Made by a program: the position numbers and the translations under genes
Notes under the pieces: generated by a model
What the model saw: only the letters and a program-made list of their open reading frames with translations
Database searches by the model: none
What the model was told of the DNA's origin: nothing
Assembly: GCA_951406725.2 (NCBI GenBank)
Contig: OX597816.1
Location: 32,798,001-32,862,000 of the forward strand
Length of the DNA: 64,000 nt
Direction of reading: 5' to 3'
Source of the DNA: Octopus vulgaris
Lineage: Eukaryota
Shown: one piece after another, positions 44,167 through 58,386 of the stretch
Numbering within the stretch: position 1 is the first letter of the stretch
Layout of the letters: every line of letters starts with the position of its first letter

Positions 44167-44590
44167 TAGGCGCAGGAGTGGCTGTGTGGTAAGTAGCTTG
44201 CTAACCAACCACATGGTCCCGGGTTCAGTCCTACTGCGTGGCATCTTGGGTAAGTGTATTCTGCTATAGCCCCGGGCCGACCAATGCCTTGTGAGTGGAT
44301 TTGGTAGACGGAAACTGAAATATATATATGTATATATATATATGTATGTGTGTGTGTGTTTGTGTGTCTGTTTTTGTCCCCCAGGCATTGCTTGACAACC
44401 GATGCTGGTGTGTTTACGTTCCCGTCACTTAGCGGTTCGGCAAAAGAGACCGATAGAATAAGTAATGGGCTTACAAAGAATAAGTCCCGGGGTCGATTTG
44501 CTCGACTAAAAAAAAAAAGGCGGTGCTCCAGCATGGCCGCAGTCAAATGACTGAAACAAGTAAAAGAGAAAAGAGAAAGAGAAAAAGAGT
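44167..44590 (+). mobile_element. Family-A SINE, full length, little diverged
   Basis: ggcgcaggagtggctgtgtggtaag head through the aagaga-repeat tail. Confidence 0.93.
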
Positions 44591-45782
44591 ATTATTGTCT
44601 TCCTCATCACTACAGCAAATATTCTACAGCTATTCTCGTTCTGCATTGTGCGGGAACATAGTTTCAGCGGACGCCTTTACTCAAGTAATACCTGTCTGTC
44701 TCAACCACGTTTCAACAAACCCGTTGAGTAATAGCACTTACCTCAGCATTTCCACTTTACATTGTAGGTAAAACTAATGAAAACTGATGACGTCAGCGCC
44801 ATACAGAGAAAGAGGTCTATCGAAAGCACCTTCACTCTTTCCCCCGTAAAATATCTTTTGTCAAAGCCATCAGGCAAATAGACACTACATTTCCTCGCCG
44901 TGTAAAGAAAGGCGGCAGGGCGATCCGGATAATCGACACAGTTGATAACTGGAGCCGTCTTACGAGAGATAATATACATTTGACATAATACCAAAATTTG
45001 GCAGTGCTTTAGCACTGGATGAATATGTGGAGTACGGGTCATTTGTTTCGCCCTGCATTTCTGAAGGTACTTCCTTACATTACGTACAGAATTTAATCTA
45101 AACCAGTAAGCCATCAGTTTCCATAACACTGCAAAGCCATGGATAGTGTCCATGGACGCCTACAAAAGATTCCTCCGGAATAAACATGCCAGTTGATTTT
45201 TGCTGATAGCTAAGGCCTGCAAGGGAACATAGTCACAACTAGCAGCTTGTAACCCTCGACAAAGTTCAAACGGTCTTTTGCTCATTGTTTTTTTTTTTTC
45301 TGTTTCGAGCGACTTCCAGTTTTATGTTTTTTTAATTTGGTGGCTACTGGGAGCAGTGTTTCTGTTGTTTATTTTGTTATTGTACTTTTCACTAACACGT
45401 TTGTTATTTCTTTCTATTGCTGGCGGTGCTGTTTCCGGTCTTGTAGCGTATGATACATCTTTGTTTTTATATGCTTTTGTTCTATTTACCGTAATTCTTT
45501 GTGTTTTAGTGGTCGCTGGTGGTGTTAGTAGTTCTTTCAGTGTTTATTTTCTGTTCTTGAGAGGATGGAGCTTCGAGCCGACTACAATTTTCACAGTTTT
45601 GGTATCAATGTCATCTACTTTCATCTACCACCCGCAGTTGCTACGAAGTTGGGATCGCTATTGCCTTACGACTTTAATCCAGCCTCTCAGGTTTCACCTC
45701 AATGAAATTCGTCATCTTCTTGTGAACCAGGTTTTTACTACACTTACATTTTAATACCATCTGAAAGTCTAGTTCTTGCCAA

Positions 45783-45819
<37 letters not shown>

Positions 45820-46863
45820 TATTTTACTCGCATTACTCGCTGTCCCAGATAAATCGGTATGAAAGCGATAAAGTTATTTTAAGTAACTATGGAATACATT
45901 TGTTTTTCCTTTTTGCCAATGTGTCTAAGTGGAAAATAACTTCAGATATATGCCTTTATTCCATAAAACTGATCTTTTGCAAGATAATTCTTACACAGAA
46001 CTAAGCTTGGTCGGAAGTTGTGACACTTTTTGGAATGTATCTATCCCAAATTGTTTTCAGTGCTGTTAGCACTAAACGATCTTATTGTTTAGAGTGAACG
46101 CTTTCTCCGTTCGTGTCTCTTAATCAGGTTTCCCGCATCTTTCAAATTTTCATATGTATATCAATTTCGGGGATGACATCGAGCTTAAAATGCTGTTAGA
46201 GTCATCGACGAAGCTACCATTAATACATCACACCGAGTGTTGTGTATTCAGGATTTACTGCTACTGATGCAGGTCTTACTTTTGGAAAAACCTTTCCATT
46301 ACATGTCATTTTTCCTGCAGATGCTCCTATTGTTTTCTTGTTGATGCTCTACTTATTTATTTTCTTTCTTGCTAGTCTTCTTTTTACTATTGTTGCTACT
46401 GATGTAATTCCGATTACCATTACGTCTATAGTATTGTGTGGGGTGCAATGACAATGGAATGTGCTATCCTCTCGGAATCTTCCCCTACGTTCTTGTCTTG
46501 TTTATTGGTTTACAATGGAAACGCGCTTTTGAAATTTGTTCTCTTTCGAAAATTTCCTTTTAAGATTCTGCTTCGGAGGGCAACTTACAAAAGCGGTTGA
46601 CTTGCTTATCTTCTGGATTTGATCATGTAAGAAAGAAGGCACAATAAAATCATCACAGACAGATTTTTTCACAGGTGAACAAAGCACAACATTCCAAACT
46701 ACATTGATAAACGATATTAATAATCATATAATAATATATACTACTAATAATAATAATACTACTACTACCACCACCACCACCACCACCACCACCATCACTA
46801 CTACTACTGCTACTACCACTACTACCACTACTAAAAGAAAAAGTATAACAAAAACAACAATAT

Positions 46864-46905
<42 letters not shown>

Positions 46906-46934
46906 CGATGATGATGATGATAATGATGATAAGT

Positions 46935-47460
46935 TGTGACACAACTATGTAGCAAAAGGGCTACATTGGAAACTGCAAAATGTAGGGGCTACAGAGAGGC
47001 AAGACACGGCATTGGCAGAGACCGCACTTAAATAAGAAACAGAAACCCTTATTATTGCTCCGAAACATCAAGTGTTATAAACAAACAAGTTGACAGAATG
47101 TGTGTATGAAGAGAACGTGTCACCAAAATGTAGAGCGTGAGAAAATTGGGATGAAACAATAGCAGAATATCCGAAATTGATACAGGGAGGACATAAGAAA
47201 TGAAGGCATGACCAAGATGTAACAGTCTTACACTGGAATTTTTCTCAGATAAGGGATTTGAAGCTAGAAGTAATTAGGATGATCGTAGGTTTCAAAGAAT
47301 GACGGAGTCGGGCAAATGCAAGATTCTATGAGATTTTTTGGTTTCAAACGGATAAAACACTAGAAAATAATGAACCACACATAACAATAATACACATAGG
47401 AAAGCGAAGCTGCTTACTAATGAGACGACAGATAATCACAAGGGCGATGAGGTCTTGAAA
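46935..47460 (+). mobile_element. R4/Dong-type fragment (post-RT, CCHC, start of RLE)
   Basis: LK*ETETLIIA, KCRA..DETI, RHDQDVTVLHW, QTDKTLENNEPHITII. Confidence 0.75.
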
Positions 47461-47554
47461 GATTATTGAAAACTTATCTTAACGTCTTACGCAGAAACAT
47501 TCTACTAGGATTAAGTACAAACCCGAGTGGAATTGATTAGTGATAATAACAATG

Positions 47555-47633
<79 letters not shown>

Positions 47634-47679
47634 CAGCAACAATGACAATAATAGTAATAATAATAATAATAATAATAAG

Positions 47680-48216
<537 letters not shown>

Positions 48217-48282
48217 GATGATGATGATAAAAATTAATGATAATGATGATAACAATAATATTAATAAAAAAAAAAAAAAAAA

Positions 48283-48323
<41 letters not shown>

Positions 48324-48372
48324 CAATGATGATGATGATGATAAAAAATAATGATAATGATGATAATAATAA

Positions 48373-48403
<31 letters not shown>

Positions 48404-48409
48404 AATAAT

Positions 48410-48820
48410 AGTTTGACCTTAACCAGTTGAGCATGTCCCTTAGTGGCTGACAATATGTGCATCTCTGATCACAAGCAGAAGTAGTGGGGGAGCATCATAG
48501 CCATGTGTTGAGAGGGATTCTCTGGGGTTTGAATGATTCATCTCTGGAAACATAGGTGTTTCGTTCAACATTCTTAAACAACCCTTAATCAGGGACCTTT
48601 TGAGTGGGATGGGTTACCCAACCAGAAGAAAATTCTAACTGAGCCTCACCCGCAAGGTCATGTGCTGTTTATCTTGTTATGAGATCACCATGTCGCGCAC
48701 ATATGGTTGTGATGCATGTACCTAGTGTACCCTTATCAGACGGGTAGTCATGATTGGTATACTGGGCTTCGTATATTTTACCCCAGTGTCACTTTGATGG
48801 CATGCACTGCTCTCTCACTC
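48410..48820 (+). mobile_element. Non-coding (TAA)n-associated interspersed element
   Basis: Bounded by (AAT)n on both sides; homologue at 28001-28640. Confidence 0.78.
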
Positions 48821-48859
48821 AATAATAATAATAATAATAATAACAATAATAATAATAAT

Positions 48860-49324
<465 letters not shown>

Positions 49325-49329
49325 GTAGG

Positions 49330-50165
49330 CATTTATTTTATTAAACTGTCTTCATTGTTTAAATAGTCACTGATCTCAATTCTTTCTCATTTCACAATAC
49401 TATATTTTTGCAAACAATTCTCCATCTCTTTCACTATACCAGTTAGTTTTCTCGTATGCTCAGCATCACCTGATATCCTTCTTTTAATACCTTCTTGGCC
49501 CAATTCTGTTAACCATCGATGTCGTCGTATTACTCTTGCTTGGTTACATAATCTCTGTTCAGTAATTTCAAACTGATCCACTACCTTCTATTCACAGTAC
49601 ATTTGTTTTCTGTACCCTCTGACAGGCACACCATTCGCATCCACTGGTGTAGTCCGGTGGTTACACTCCAAAGCTATCATATTAACTTGTTTACTCCACT
49701 TATGTCTCGTAGCACGGCTAGATATGGCTGGATTATAACCGTCCCCTCCCTCCTGCACAGTCAGTCACCTGCCGGGTGCGACACATTCACCGTTGGTTCC
49801 AGCCCCGTTCACACCGTTCTCTTCATCTATTTTGCTTGACATTTTCACTCACAAACGTGGAATCTTTTTAGGTTACTACCAACTGGTATTTTTATAGAGA
49901 CACAATTTCTGATAAGCTAGCCCGCCAAGGGCATTGCTCCACTCGCTTTCAACTAAGAGTTTTCCTCCAAGGCTGCTTGCCATCCCATGCTAACGAATAC
50001 AGCCTACCTAGGGCACTTGTTATTTGATACCTCCAGATACTCGATTTTTCCCTCTTTTCTCCTGTTAGTTTGACGAAGGTGAAGGGCTCGTCTGTCAGGA
50101 GCAGCCAATTGGGGCATTTTATAAGTGAAGGGCGCTCAACCTCATCAACACCCGGGCATTGACAG
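49330..50165 (-). mobile_element. 5' portion (UTR and ORF N-terminus) of an R4/Dong-type element
   Basis: ITEQRLCNQARVIRRHRWLTELGQEGIKRRI matches the R4-clade N-terminal motif; structured GC-richer 5' UTR upstream. Confidence 0.7.
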
Positions 50166-52031
50166 AAAGAAAAATAAAGCAAAGTAAAAGGAGGGAGATA
50201 AAAAATAAAACAGAAAAAAGAAAGAAAAGGAGAAGAGAATGGAAGATCTACTAGGGTGGGGAAGAAGCCATTTAATACAGCAAGTTCGGTTTAGTCCATG
50301 CAGATCGATAGGGCGAGTGGGAGAACTGATTAGGAATGGTTGTAAACACGGAAGTGAGGTTGATATTGAATACCAGGGAATATGATAGAGGGGGTGAGTT
50401 GCTTGGGTGGTCGTTTCACCACCGAGAGAAGTTGCCTGCTGTAGTGCTCCTTGCTGCCCAAACAAATATATCTTCTGTCGAGAAATAAATTAAAATGTCA
50501 TATACTTTCTATGTATATTTTGTATTATACTTGGTATAATACGGTATTTTGGATTATACTAAGTATAAAACGGTATTTTGAGTGGGGCTCTCTTAACTGT
50601 AAATAAACGGCGATATTGTATTTTTTAGTAGCGACTACAACTTGCGCTTTGCAGAGAGGGTGAGGTAAAGAGAGATTAAGAGAAAGAGCAAGAGAGAGTG
50701 TGTGTATGTGTGAGAGAGGAAGAGTATTCATGCATGTGTGCATGTATGTATGTGTGCATGTATTCATGTATGTATGAGTATGTGTGAGAAAAAGGAGAAT
50801 CTGTATAGTTGCTTCACCTGCAGGAGATAACAGCCAAATCTCTCTCAAATGGACACGCTAACATTATATAACCGAGAGGACATATTGGATAAGATGGAAA
50901 AAATGCACACGCACACACACACACACACACACACGCACACACACACACATATGTATTCCCTATCAAAGAACTTTCCGTTTCTCTCGCCCACCTTTATCTT
51001 TTATACTTTTCTCCCACTTCTCTCTCCCTTTCGCATCACCCGATGGCCCCGAAGTTGTTGCTCTTACCATTACTTTCGCAAACAGTAGTAACTTTCCTCA
51101 GCTGAATACACATCATTGATTGGTTAAAAATTTCCCAAATACGACAACTTTAACACGAAATTACTTCTAAAATAGAAACTTGTGAAAAACGTTAAGAATA
51201 AAGCGTGTTCTACGTGACATATTCAACCAGTAGCCGAAGTTTCACACTCTTTAATTAAAAAAAGTTAATTAGACAATCTGTGACTAATATTGAATAGATC
51301 CCCGACGAGCAATATTTTATGGGCATCTTCCTGTCTCTACGTTGCGGGTTCAAACGCCACCGGGGTCCACTTTGGCTTTCCTCCATTCGGGTTCGCTAAA
51401 GTAAGTGCCAGTGAAAAATCGGGCTTTCATATTTTAACTAGTCACCTGCTCCAAAACTTCCGGCCTTGTGCCTATAGTAGGAAGTATTGTTATTATTCAG
51501 TAGTCCGCAGAAGAAGAAGAAGAAGAAGAAGAAGAAGAAGAAGAAGATGATGATGGTGATGATGACGATGAAGATGATGATGATGATGATGAAGATGATG
51601 CAGGTACTTTTACGAATTCATTTCAACTTTGGTTGTGGGGTTGTTGCAGCAAGTGTTCTATAGTTGGAGCCACTTGCATTAACTGCGTGACTTGTACCTG
51701 TTACATGAGTGAAATTGTAGATACGTTATGTAAAGAACGCTAGCATATTTTTAGATTTCGTTTTGGACGCGTGGGTGATCTACGGAGCGGTGGATTTTAA
51801 ATATCTTTTGATTTAGAATAATGTGACTTTGATGTCAGTTAAGTCGGGAAGTCGGGAGAGAGAGAGAGAAAGGAGTGGTTGACGTTGAATACTGGTAGAA
51901 GTAGCGGTAATAATGGCTGTTCAGTTTGGAAAAGTCAACATGAAGGCAATGGTGGTGGCGGAGAGGGTGTAAGAAGTGGTTGGATTTGGTCATTGTCAGA
52001 GGTAGAAAGCAGCGGAGGAGTTTTGTCCAGC

Positions 52032-52032
52032 G

Positions 52033-52109
<77 letters not shown>

Positions 52110-52283
52110 TGTTGTTGTTGTAGTAGTAGTAGTAGTAGTAGTAATAATAGTAGTAGTAGTAGTAGGAGGAGGAGGAGGAGAAAGAGGAGGGGAGGAAGAG
52201 GAGGAAGAGACGGAGGAGGAGGAAGGAGAAGAGAAGTGGAAGAAGAAGAAATTAAATTAATCAATAATAATAATAACAACAAC

Positions 52284-52346
<63 letters not shown>

Positions 52347-52378
52347 GATGATGGTGATGATGACGATGAGGATGATTA
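52032..52378. repeat. Compound (AGT)/(GGA)/(AAT)/(GAT) trinucleotide array
   Basis: Direct inspection. Confidence 0.97.
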
Positions 52379-52770
52379 CCAACAAAAAGAAATGGTGTTA
52401 GCAATTGTATATGCTTGTAGTATCGAAATTTCCTACTCAATTGATTAGGTGAAAAACATCTATAGAGCGACATATGTTATTTGACTAAATGATAGTTCAT
52501 TTCCTCACAAAAAACTATTTGTAAAAAGACGTGTGTACATAGTGGAAGTACTTATAGTCTGCCATATAAACTTATAGTTGTTGTCTATTAACATATCAAT
52601 ACTATATTTGCTTAGATGTTAATATGATTTTCAAACATGAGAGCCACCATAATTTTAGTAATAAGAGTGATATAGTTTAGTTTCCTCTCTATTTTAGTTT
52701 CCTTTCTCAAAGCATTCAAATTTACCACTAGAAATATTTGTATGTAACGAGCCACCATCACCTCACGTTT

Positions 52771-52809
<39 letters not shown>

Positions 52810-53224
52810 TACACTAAATGTACAAGCAAACTATATTCTTCATATGTGAATATAATTTTTCACATAAGAAATGATTAATCAATATATATTTTCATTGTTT
52901 TAAATGTGCGTTATTATTATTTAACAATGCATAAAATATAGCAATGCATAAGCCATTGAAGTTTTAATTGAGATACTCAGTTATAAGGAGTGAACCGTTA
53001 TGCCTTGAAAGATCACACTGTATCAGCATTACCAGCCACACATGCATAAATAGATAGAGCGTAAAATATTGGTAATTCTTATTCATTGTTATTCGTTTGA
53101 TGTTTTCGTTTATCGATGGATTTTGAAAATTACGTGTTGAGCGTAGGTAATGATGACATTTCATACTTTTAAAAAATTGGTGGTAGTCTACGTAAGCTAC
53201 CCTCCAAGCAAAAGTGCATGTCTA

Positions 53225-53690
53225 TGAGTGGAAAAGTCTTCCTTGTGCAAACACATGGTTTCAATTTTAAACTGAATACGCGGCTACATTTGGAAGTGTT
53301 TTCTATTTAGTCATCTAGTCCGACTAATACTTCGTGAATGAATTAAGATGACGGAAACTCTTTGAAAATATGCCAAGTGCACAAAATTGTACGCATACAT
53401 TGTCATACACATGTGCATTTGTTTCTCTGTTTGCATGTTGTGTATAGACGCGTGTGAGAATGTCTGCGTTCGTGAGCCTGTTCATGTTTAGCTTTCACTA
53501 CATGCCAAACTGTTCACTTTTGTTTATATCCGTTTAACATAGCCTTTCAGCAATAAAAGAAGGCAGTAGAATACGTGCGGGTCTTAAAATATTCTCTGGC
53601 TCTCATTTGCTTCAAATTCAAATTCCTTTCAAATCGGGGATTCAAGATAATCTTTGTCAAAAGACTGAAACAAGTCAATAAGTAAAAAAT
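53225..53690 (+). mobile_element. Family-A SINE, old diverged copy
   Basis: cacatggtttc..gtccgactaatacttcgtgaatgaatt..gacggaaact...gactgaaacaagt is collinear with family A. Confidence 0.6.
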
Positions 53691-53769
53691 TAAACTACGT
53701 TCCTGAATTCGAATAACGTTAACTGACGTGAAAAGAGCGATTGAATATGATGCCGTGTGTTATATTTTA

Positions 53770-54152
53770 TACTAGCAGTATCGCCCGGCGTTGCTCAGGT
53801 TTGTAAAGGAAATAACTATAAAGCATTTTTAGAGAGTTATAGCCAAAAATAGCAAAAAGATGGAAAAAATGATGGTAAATTTTTTTTTAGTTAAAAAAGG
53901 TGGAGTTGCGTCCCCTAGACATTTTGCGGTTTGTGTTTCTGATTCTCGACCCCATGTCGAATTTATCGATTTTTTTCAGAACTGGGGGAACTTTTCAAAA
54001 TTTTCGCTGTGTTAGTTTTAAATTATGACATTGGGCTATGTGTGTGTCAAGTTTCATCAGAATCGGTTGAAAGCCGTGGTCAGGGTGAGGGTACAAGAAA
54101 ACAGACACACAGAAACACGCACAGACAAACTGCCGTTTATATAGAGAGAGAT
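53770..54152 (+). mobile_element. Non-autonomous Helitron/Helentron-like element
   Basis: Starts tactagcagtatcgcccggcgttgctc; has aagtttcatcagaatcggtt, an (ACAG/ACAC) tract and terminal tgccgtttatatagagagagat. Confidence 0.7.
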
Positions 54153-56149
54153 AAACAAACTAAACAAAATAAATGTCAATCACAAGTAGATAATTTGAGA
54201 CATAACTGTACAATTTAGTTCTCTCTCTTCTAAAATTTCTCATGTCATATCCTTTCCCCCCATTGTGCAAAATCTTTATCTTTGATCGATTCTCCATTAT
54301 TGCCAGTCCTGCTACACCTGATATCCTACATATACTACTTAACCAGCCTGTCTTTCCAAGAACATCGTTTCTCTGGAGTCTTCTCTCTGCTTAAATCATT
54401 TTCCTTTTCTGCAGGTGATGAGGTGTCACAATTTGAATGGAATATTAACGCCATCAAGGTCACTGATATTAGAAGAAATATAAAAATAATGGAGACTGTT
54501 CCTTCCCCTACATTAAGAATGTATAAAAATACCATGTGATATATCTTGTCTGAAATTAAAACTGTATTAGGTTTGATAAAACATTCGTGACCTAATTTTA
54601 CAATGTTTACCATCAATCATTACTTGTTCTTTTAAATACTGTTCCCTTTATACTGCCGAACACAATATACCACAAAGAAGACACAAATAAATATGTCATC
54701 GACCACGTATCACATTTTTGTAATTTCAGATTTCATAGTAATTTGAATAATACATTAGCTTTTATTTACAGTATAGTGCTTTAATTCAATTATTAGTAAA
54801 TGAAATGGATATTATGGCTTTGAGTGTCTAAGTATAACACAAATATGGAAGAATTAAGATGGGCAGAGAAACAATCCATTGATATATGGATTCAGCTAAT
54901 AATAGATTTTCAGTTTGATAATGTCCTAGTATGGCTTTATAAATGTGGTTCAAAACCTGTGACGTCCTTATGTGACAATGCAGCAGTCTAGAAATAAACG
55001 CAACAAAATTGCGATTGTTGATGAATGAAATAACATGGAAATAGCTAGACGAATTATGCAGTGATCTAGAAGTAAAAAGGACATTTGTCATAGAACTATT
55101 CTTATGTTATATTGATTATTTTACCAAATTTGCACAGTATCTCTTTTAATTATCTAGTCCAGAGTATCCGCTCAAAAAATCAATAGAATAAAATATATGG
55201 AAATTTAGATTTCATTCTTCATACACACGCAAATGTGTGTTCGAGAGATTCTGTGCGGGTGCATCTTCGCGCGCACGCGTACTAGTGCTTGTGTATGGAT
55301 GAGTGAGTGCCCGCACGTGCGCACTTTCTGGCAAGGAAGAGATAAGCCATCCTAAACTGAAGATGCTCGACCAGAAACTTGCAATGGTTACCATTCACAA
55401 ACGACACTGAATAGGCTCGATATGTTATGATCAAGGCTACCACTGAAGAAATCAGAATGTAACAGGTTGACCAAATTCACAATGTATATATTCAAAGCTA
55501 CATCAAAATTTACTCATCCACCTTCTTCATTCTATCGGCCTTAGAAGAATGTGACACAATATTACCAGAGAGGGATTTGCACCATGATCGCAGAGTTGAA
55601 CAATGTATTTTTGTATTACGTTCTCACGATTCTGCTGATTCGCCGCTTTTATCAGCAATGCATTTAGATGCTCAGAAATCCAGGAGTATGAATAATACGC
55701 TCCATGATCTGCAAATATAATTATCTACTGAACCAATTTCAATTTTCATTGTTTCACAAAGACATGAATTCAGAATTGTTCTATCGTTCCTCATACATAA
55801 ATAATAACTTTTCTAACGAGTATCTTAGGAGAATAGAGCTTCTGAAAACGCACCTCTTTACGATATAAAATAGCATTTATAACTTATACTATACGAGAAT
55901 TTGGAGAATTACAGAAGGTAAGATTTCTTATTTAGAATATTTCTCTGAAATATATATTCCAGTTAGAACATTTCTCAATATCTCTACGTTCTTAGACGTT
56001 TGAAGATATCTATCATTATTTATCACAAACTTAAAGGAAACCACCAAATCAAGAGATGAAGGTAACAGTTGTGTTACATCAATTCCCTTCAGAAAGAACT
56101 AGTTTGTGAATTATAGACATATACATATTTTTATATTGATTAGATCAAC

Positions 56150-56561
56150 CTATTGGCTTCGTTTGTTAACAAAATAGATGTTTTTCAGAATATATGATAA
56201 AACTTATGTGTTTGCAACGCTTTTAAAAGAAAGTTATAAAGCCTACTTTGTTGGGTCAATACCACTCAAGAATAATACAAAATATATTGCTAGTCCCATA
56301 ATTGATTGATAATTTATAAAATTGTCAATTTCCGTCAGATTTAAGGAAAATATTGCAGTGATTTGTGATTGTTTAGATGGAGAATTTTCAGAACAAAAAT
56401 TAGCCAAGAACGATGCACTGAAAAAAGTAGGAAATCTAAACTCATTTCAATTAAATATATACCTAAATAAAAGCATAATAAACGTCACATACCAACTTCC
56501 GTTACAAGAATTTTGGAATGAACTAAAAGAAGAATATTGTAATATTCTAAAAACGTTCTAA
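56150..56561 (+). pseudogene. Possible hAT (Charlie/SPIN-like) transposase C-terminal relic
   Basis: YQLPLQEFWNELKEEYCNI resembles the L..FW..L..EYP.L motif preceding the hAT dimerisation domain. Confidence 0.35.
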
Positions 56562-56743
56562 AGGAAGAGAAAGGATTGAATGGAGCGACTTAGTTTAAGT
56601 AAGTCATTGGCAATATGTCGCTATTCACTTTTTATGGAAGGCGGATGACTATGTGGAATATTGCATGACTAAACGGGTTTCGAATATCGTTTTATGTTTC
56701 AGGCTGACACTGGCTGCTACACACGTAGAAACTGTCCTCTACA

Positions 56744-56981
56744 AAGGCTGCGAGCTGGCAGAAACGTTAGCATGCCAAGCAAAATACTTAGCGGTTTTTC
56801 GTCTGCCGTTACGTTCTGAGTTCAAATTCCGCCGATGTCGACTTTGCCTTTCATCCTTTCGGAGTCGATAACTTTAGTACCAGTTACGCACTGGAGTCGA
56901 TGTAATCGACTTCATCCCTTTGTCTGGCCTTGTTTGTCCCCTCTATGTTTAGCCCCTTTTGGGCAATAAAGAAATAAGATT
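56744..56981 (+). mobile_element. Family-B SINE, full length, 12-bp TSD
   Basis: TSD ctgtcctctaca at 56732-56743 and 56982-56993. Confidence 0.93.
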
Positions 56982-57617
56982 CTGTCCTCTACATAAACTT
57001 ACATTAAATTGAGCTTTCGTGCCGCACAAGACAAAAGAAGCAAGAGAAACAAATATTATTGAAGATATACACGCCTCGATTAAAAATATTAAAAAGAGAG
57101 TAATTACAACAAACAGTTAACATATTTAACAAGAACTATATCAATCACATATTACTTACATATATAATACAGATTAGTTTTCATGGTTTGTAACAGAATT
57201 TGAAATGTTCCAGCGTTTGCTATAAATTATTTCTGCATGATAATAATAGCATGGTAATATTGTTTCATAATCAGGTTGACTCGCTACATAATCAGTAAGG
57301 GTGCACGTGGATAAAGAAAAATATAGCAGTCCATTTTCAAGATCATGGGAGTGAGGTTTTATGTGCAATCCAATGAAGGCTTGGAAAACACCACGCAGCT
57401 ACATACAAACTAAATCTCATTCATATGGAGAAGGGAAAGCATATGGAAGGATTAAGTTGCGTATGGATTACAAAATGAGGAATTGATTTTGCTTGATGTC
57501 GCTGTGTGTTTTAAATTGTTTCTTTAGGCATGTACTTAGTTTTTAGTAAAATAATCAGTGAAAGAAATGATATCTGGTAAAAAGTAACCCCTCCTAAAAT
57601 TGTACACGTTAATACCA

Positions 57618-57753
57618 ATTTCTTTATTACCGACAAGGGGCTAAACATAGAGGGGACAAACAAGGACAGACATAGGTATTAAGTCGATTATATCGACTCC
57701 AGTGCGTAACTGGTACTAAATTTTTCGACTCCGAAAGGATGAAAGGCAAAGGA
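57618..57753 (-). mobile_element. 5'-truncated family-B SINE, 17-bp TSD
   Basis: TSD tgtacacgttaatacca at 57601-57617 and 57754-57770. Confidence 0.92.
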
Positions 57754-58021
57754 TGTACACGTTAATACCATATGTGGAATGTATAAAAGACCTGTAAATT
57801 ATTGTCTAATCGAAGGAAAACACTTTCCTGAAAGGTTAAAAATAAAGATATCTCAGACGACTAAAGAACTGAAACCTGTTTTTGTTTATTTGCTGGTTAT
57901 TTTATAAAACGTTGCTATAATACCATATATTTGTCATATCCCTTGTAACTCATCAGCATATTGCTCTGAAATAGATTACACGTGATATTTTGCATCTATA
58001 TTACAAACCAGAAAATATATT

Positions 58022-58226
58022 ATTTTCTACTCCGAGCACAAGGCCCGAAATTTCTGGTTTAGGGGGCAGTCGATTAGATCTACCCCAGTACGCAACTGGT
58101 AAGCATCCCGAAAAGGATGAAAGGCAAAGTGAACCTCGGCGGAATTTGAACTCAGAACGTAACGGCAGACGAAATGCGTCTACGCATTTCGCCGGGCGTG
58201 CTAAAGTATCTGCCAGCTCGCCGCCT
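58022..58226 (-). mobile_element. Family-B SINE with alternative 3' tail
   Basis: Same head and core as 56744, but the tail reads gcacaaggcccgaaattt on the plus strand. Confidence 0.88.
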
Positions 58227-58347
58227 ATGCATACATACATACATACATAATACATGCATAATACATGCATATACACTTATATATATATATATACATATAT
58301 ACATATGTAAATATACATATATATATGCACATATATATATATATATA

Positions 58348-58386
<39 letters not shown>

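Noticed and set aside
44600-46700. ORFs 44743-45153 and 45278-45754 as host or membrane proteins
   Set aside because: No domain motifs; hydrophobicity reflects T-rich low complexity. More likely decayed LINE ORF1-type sequence on the minus strand, but unproven.
55350-55395. CTGAAGA...GAAAC hammerhead-like string beside a CpG-rich patch
   Set aside because: Stem II is only 2 bp and no stem I pairing could be found.
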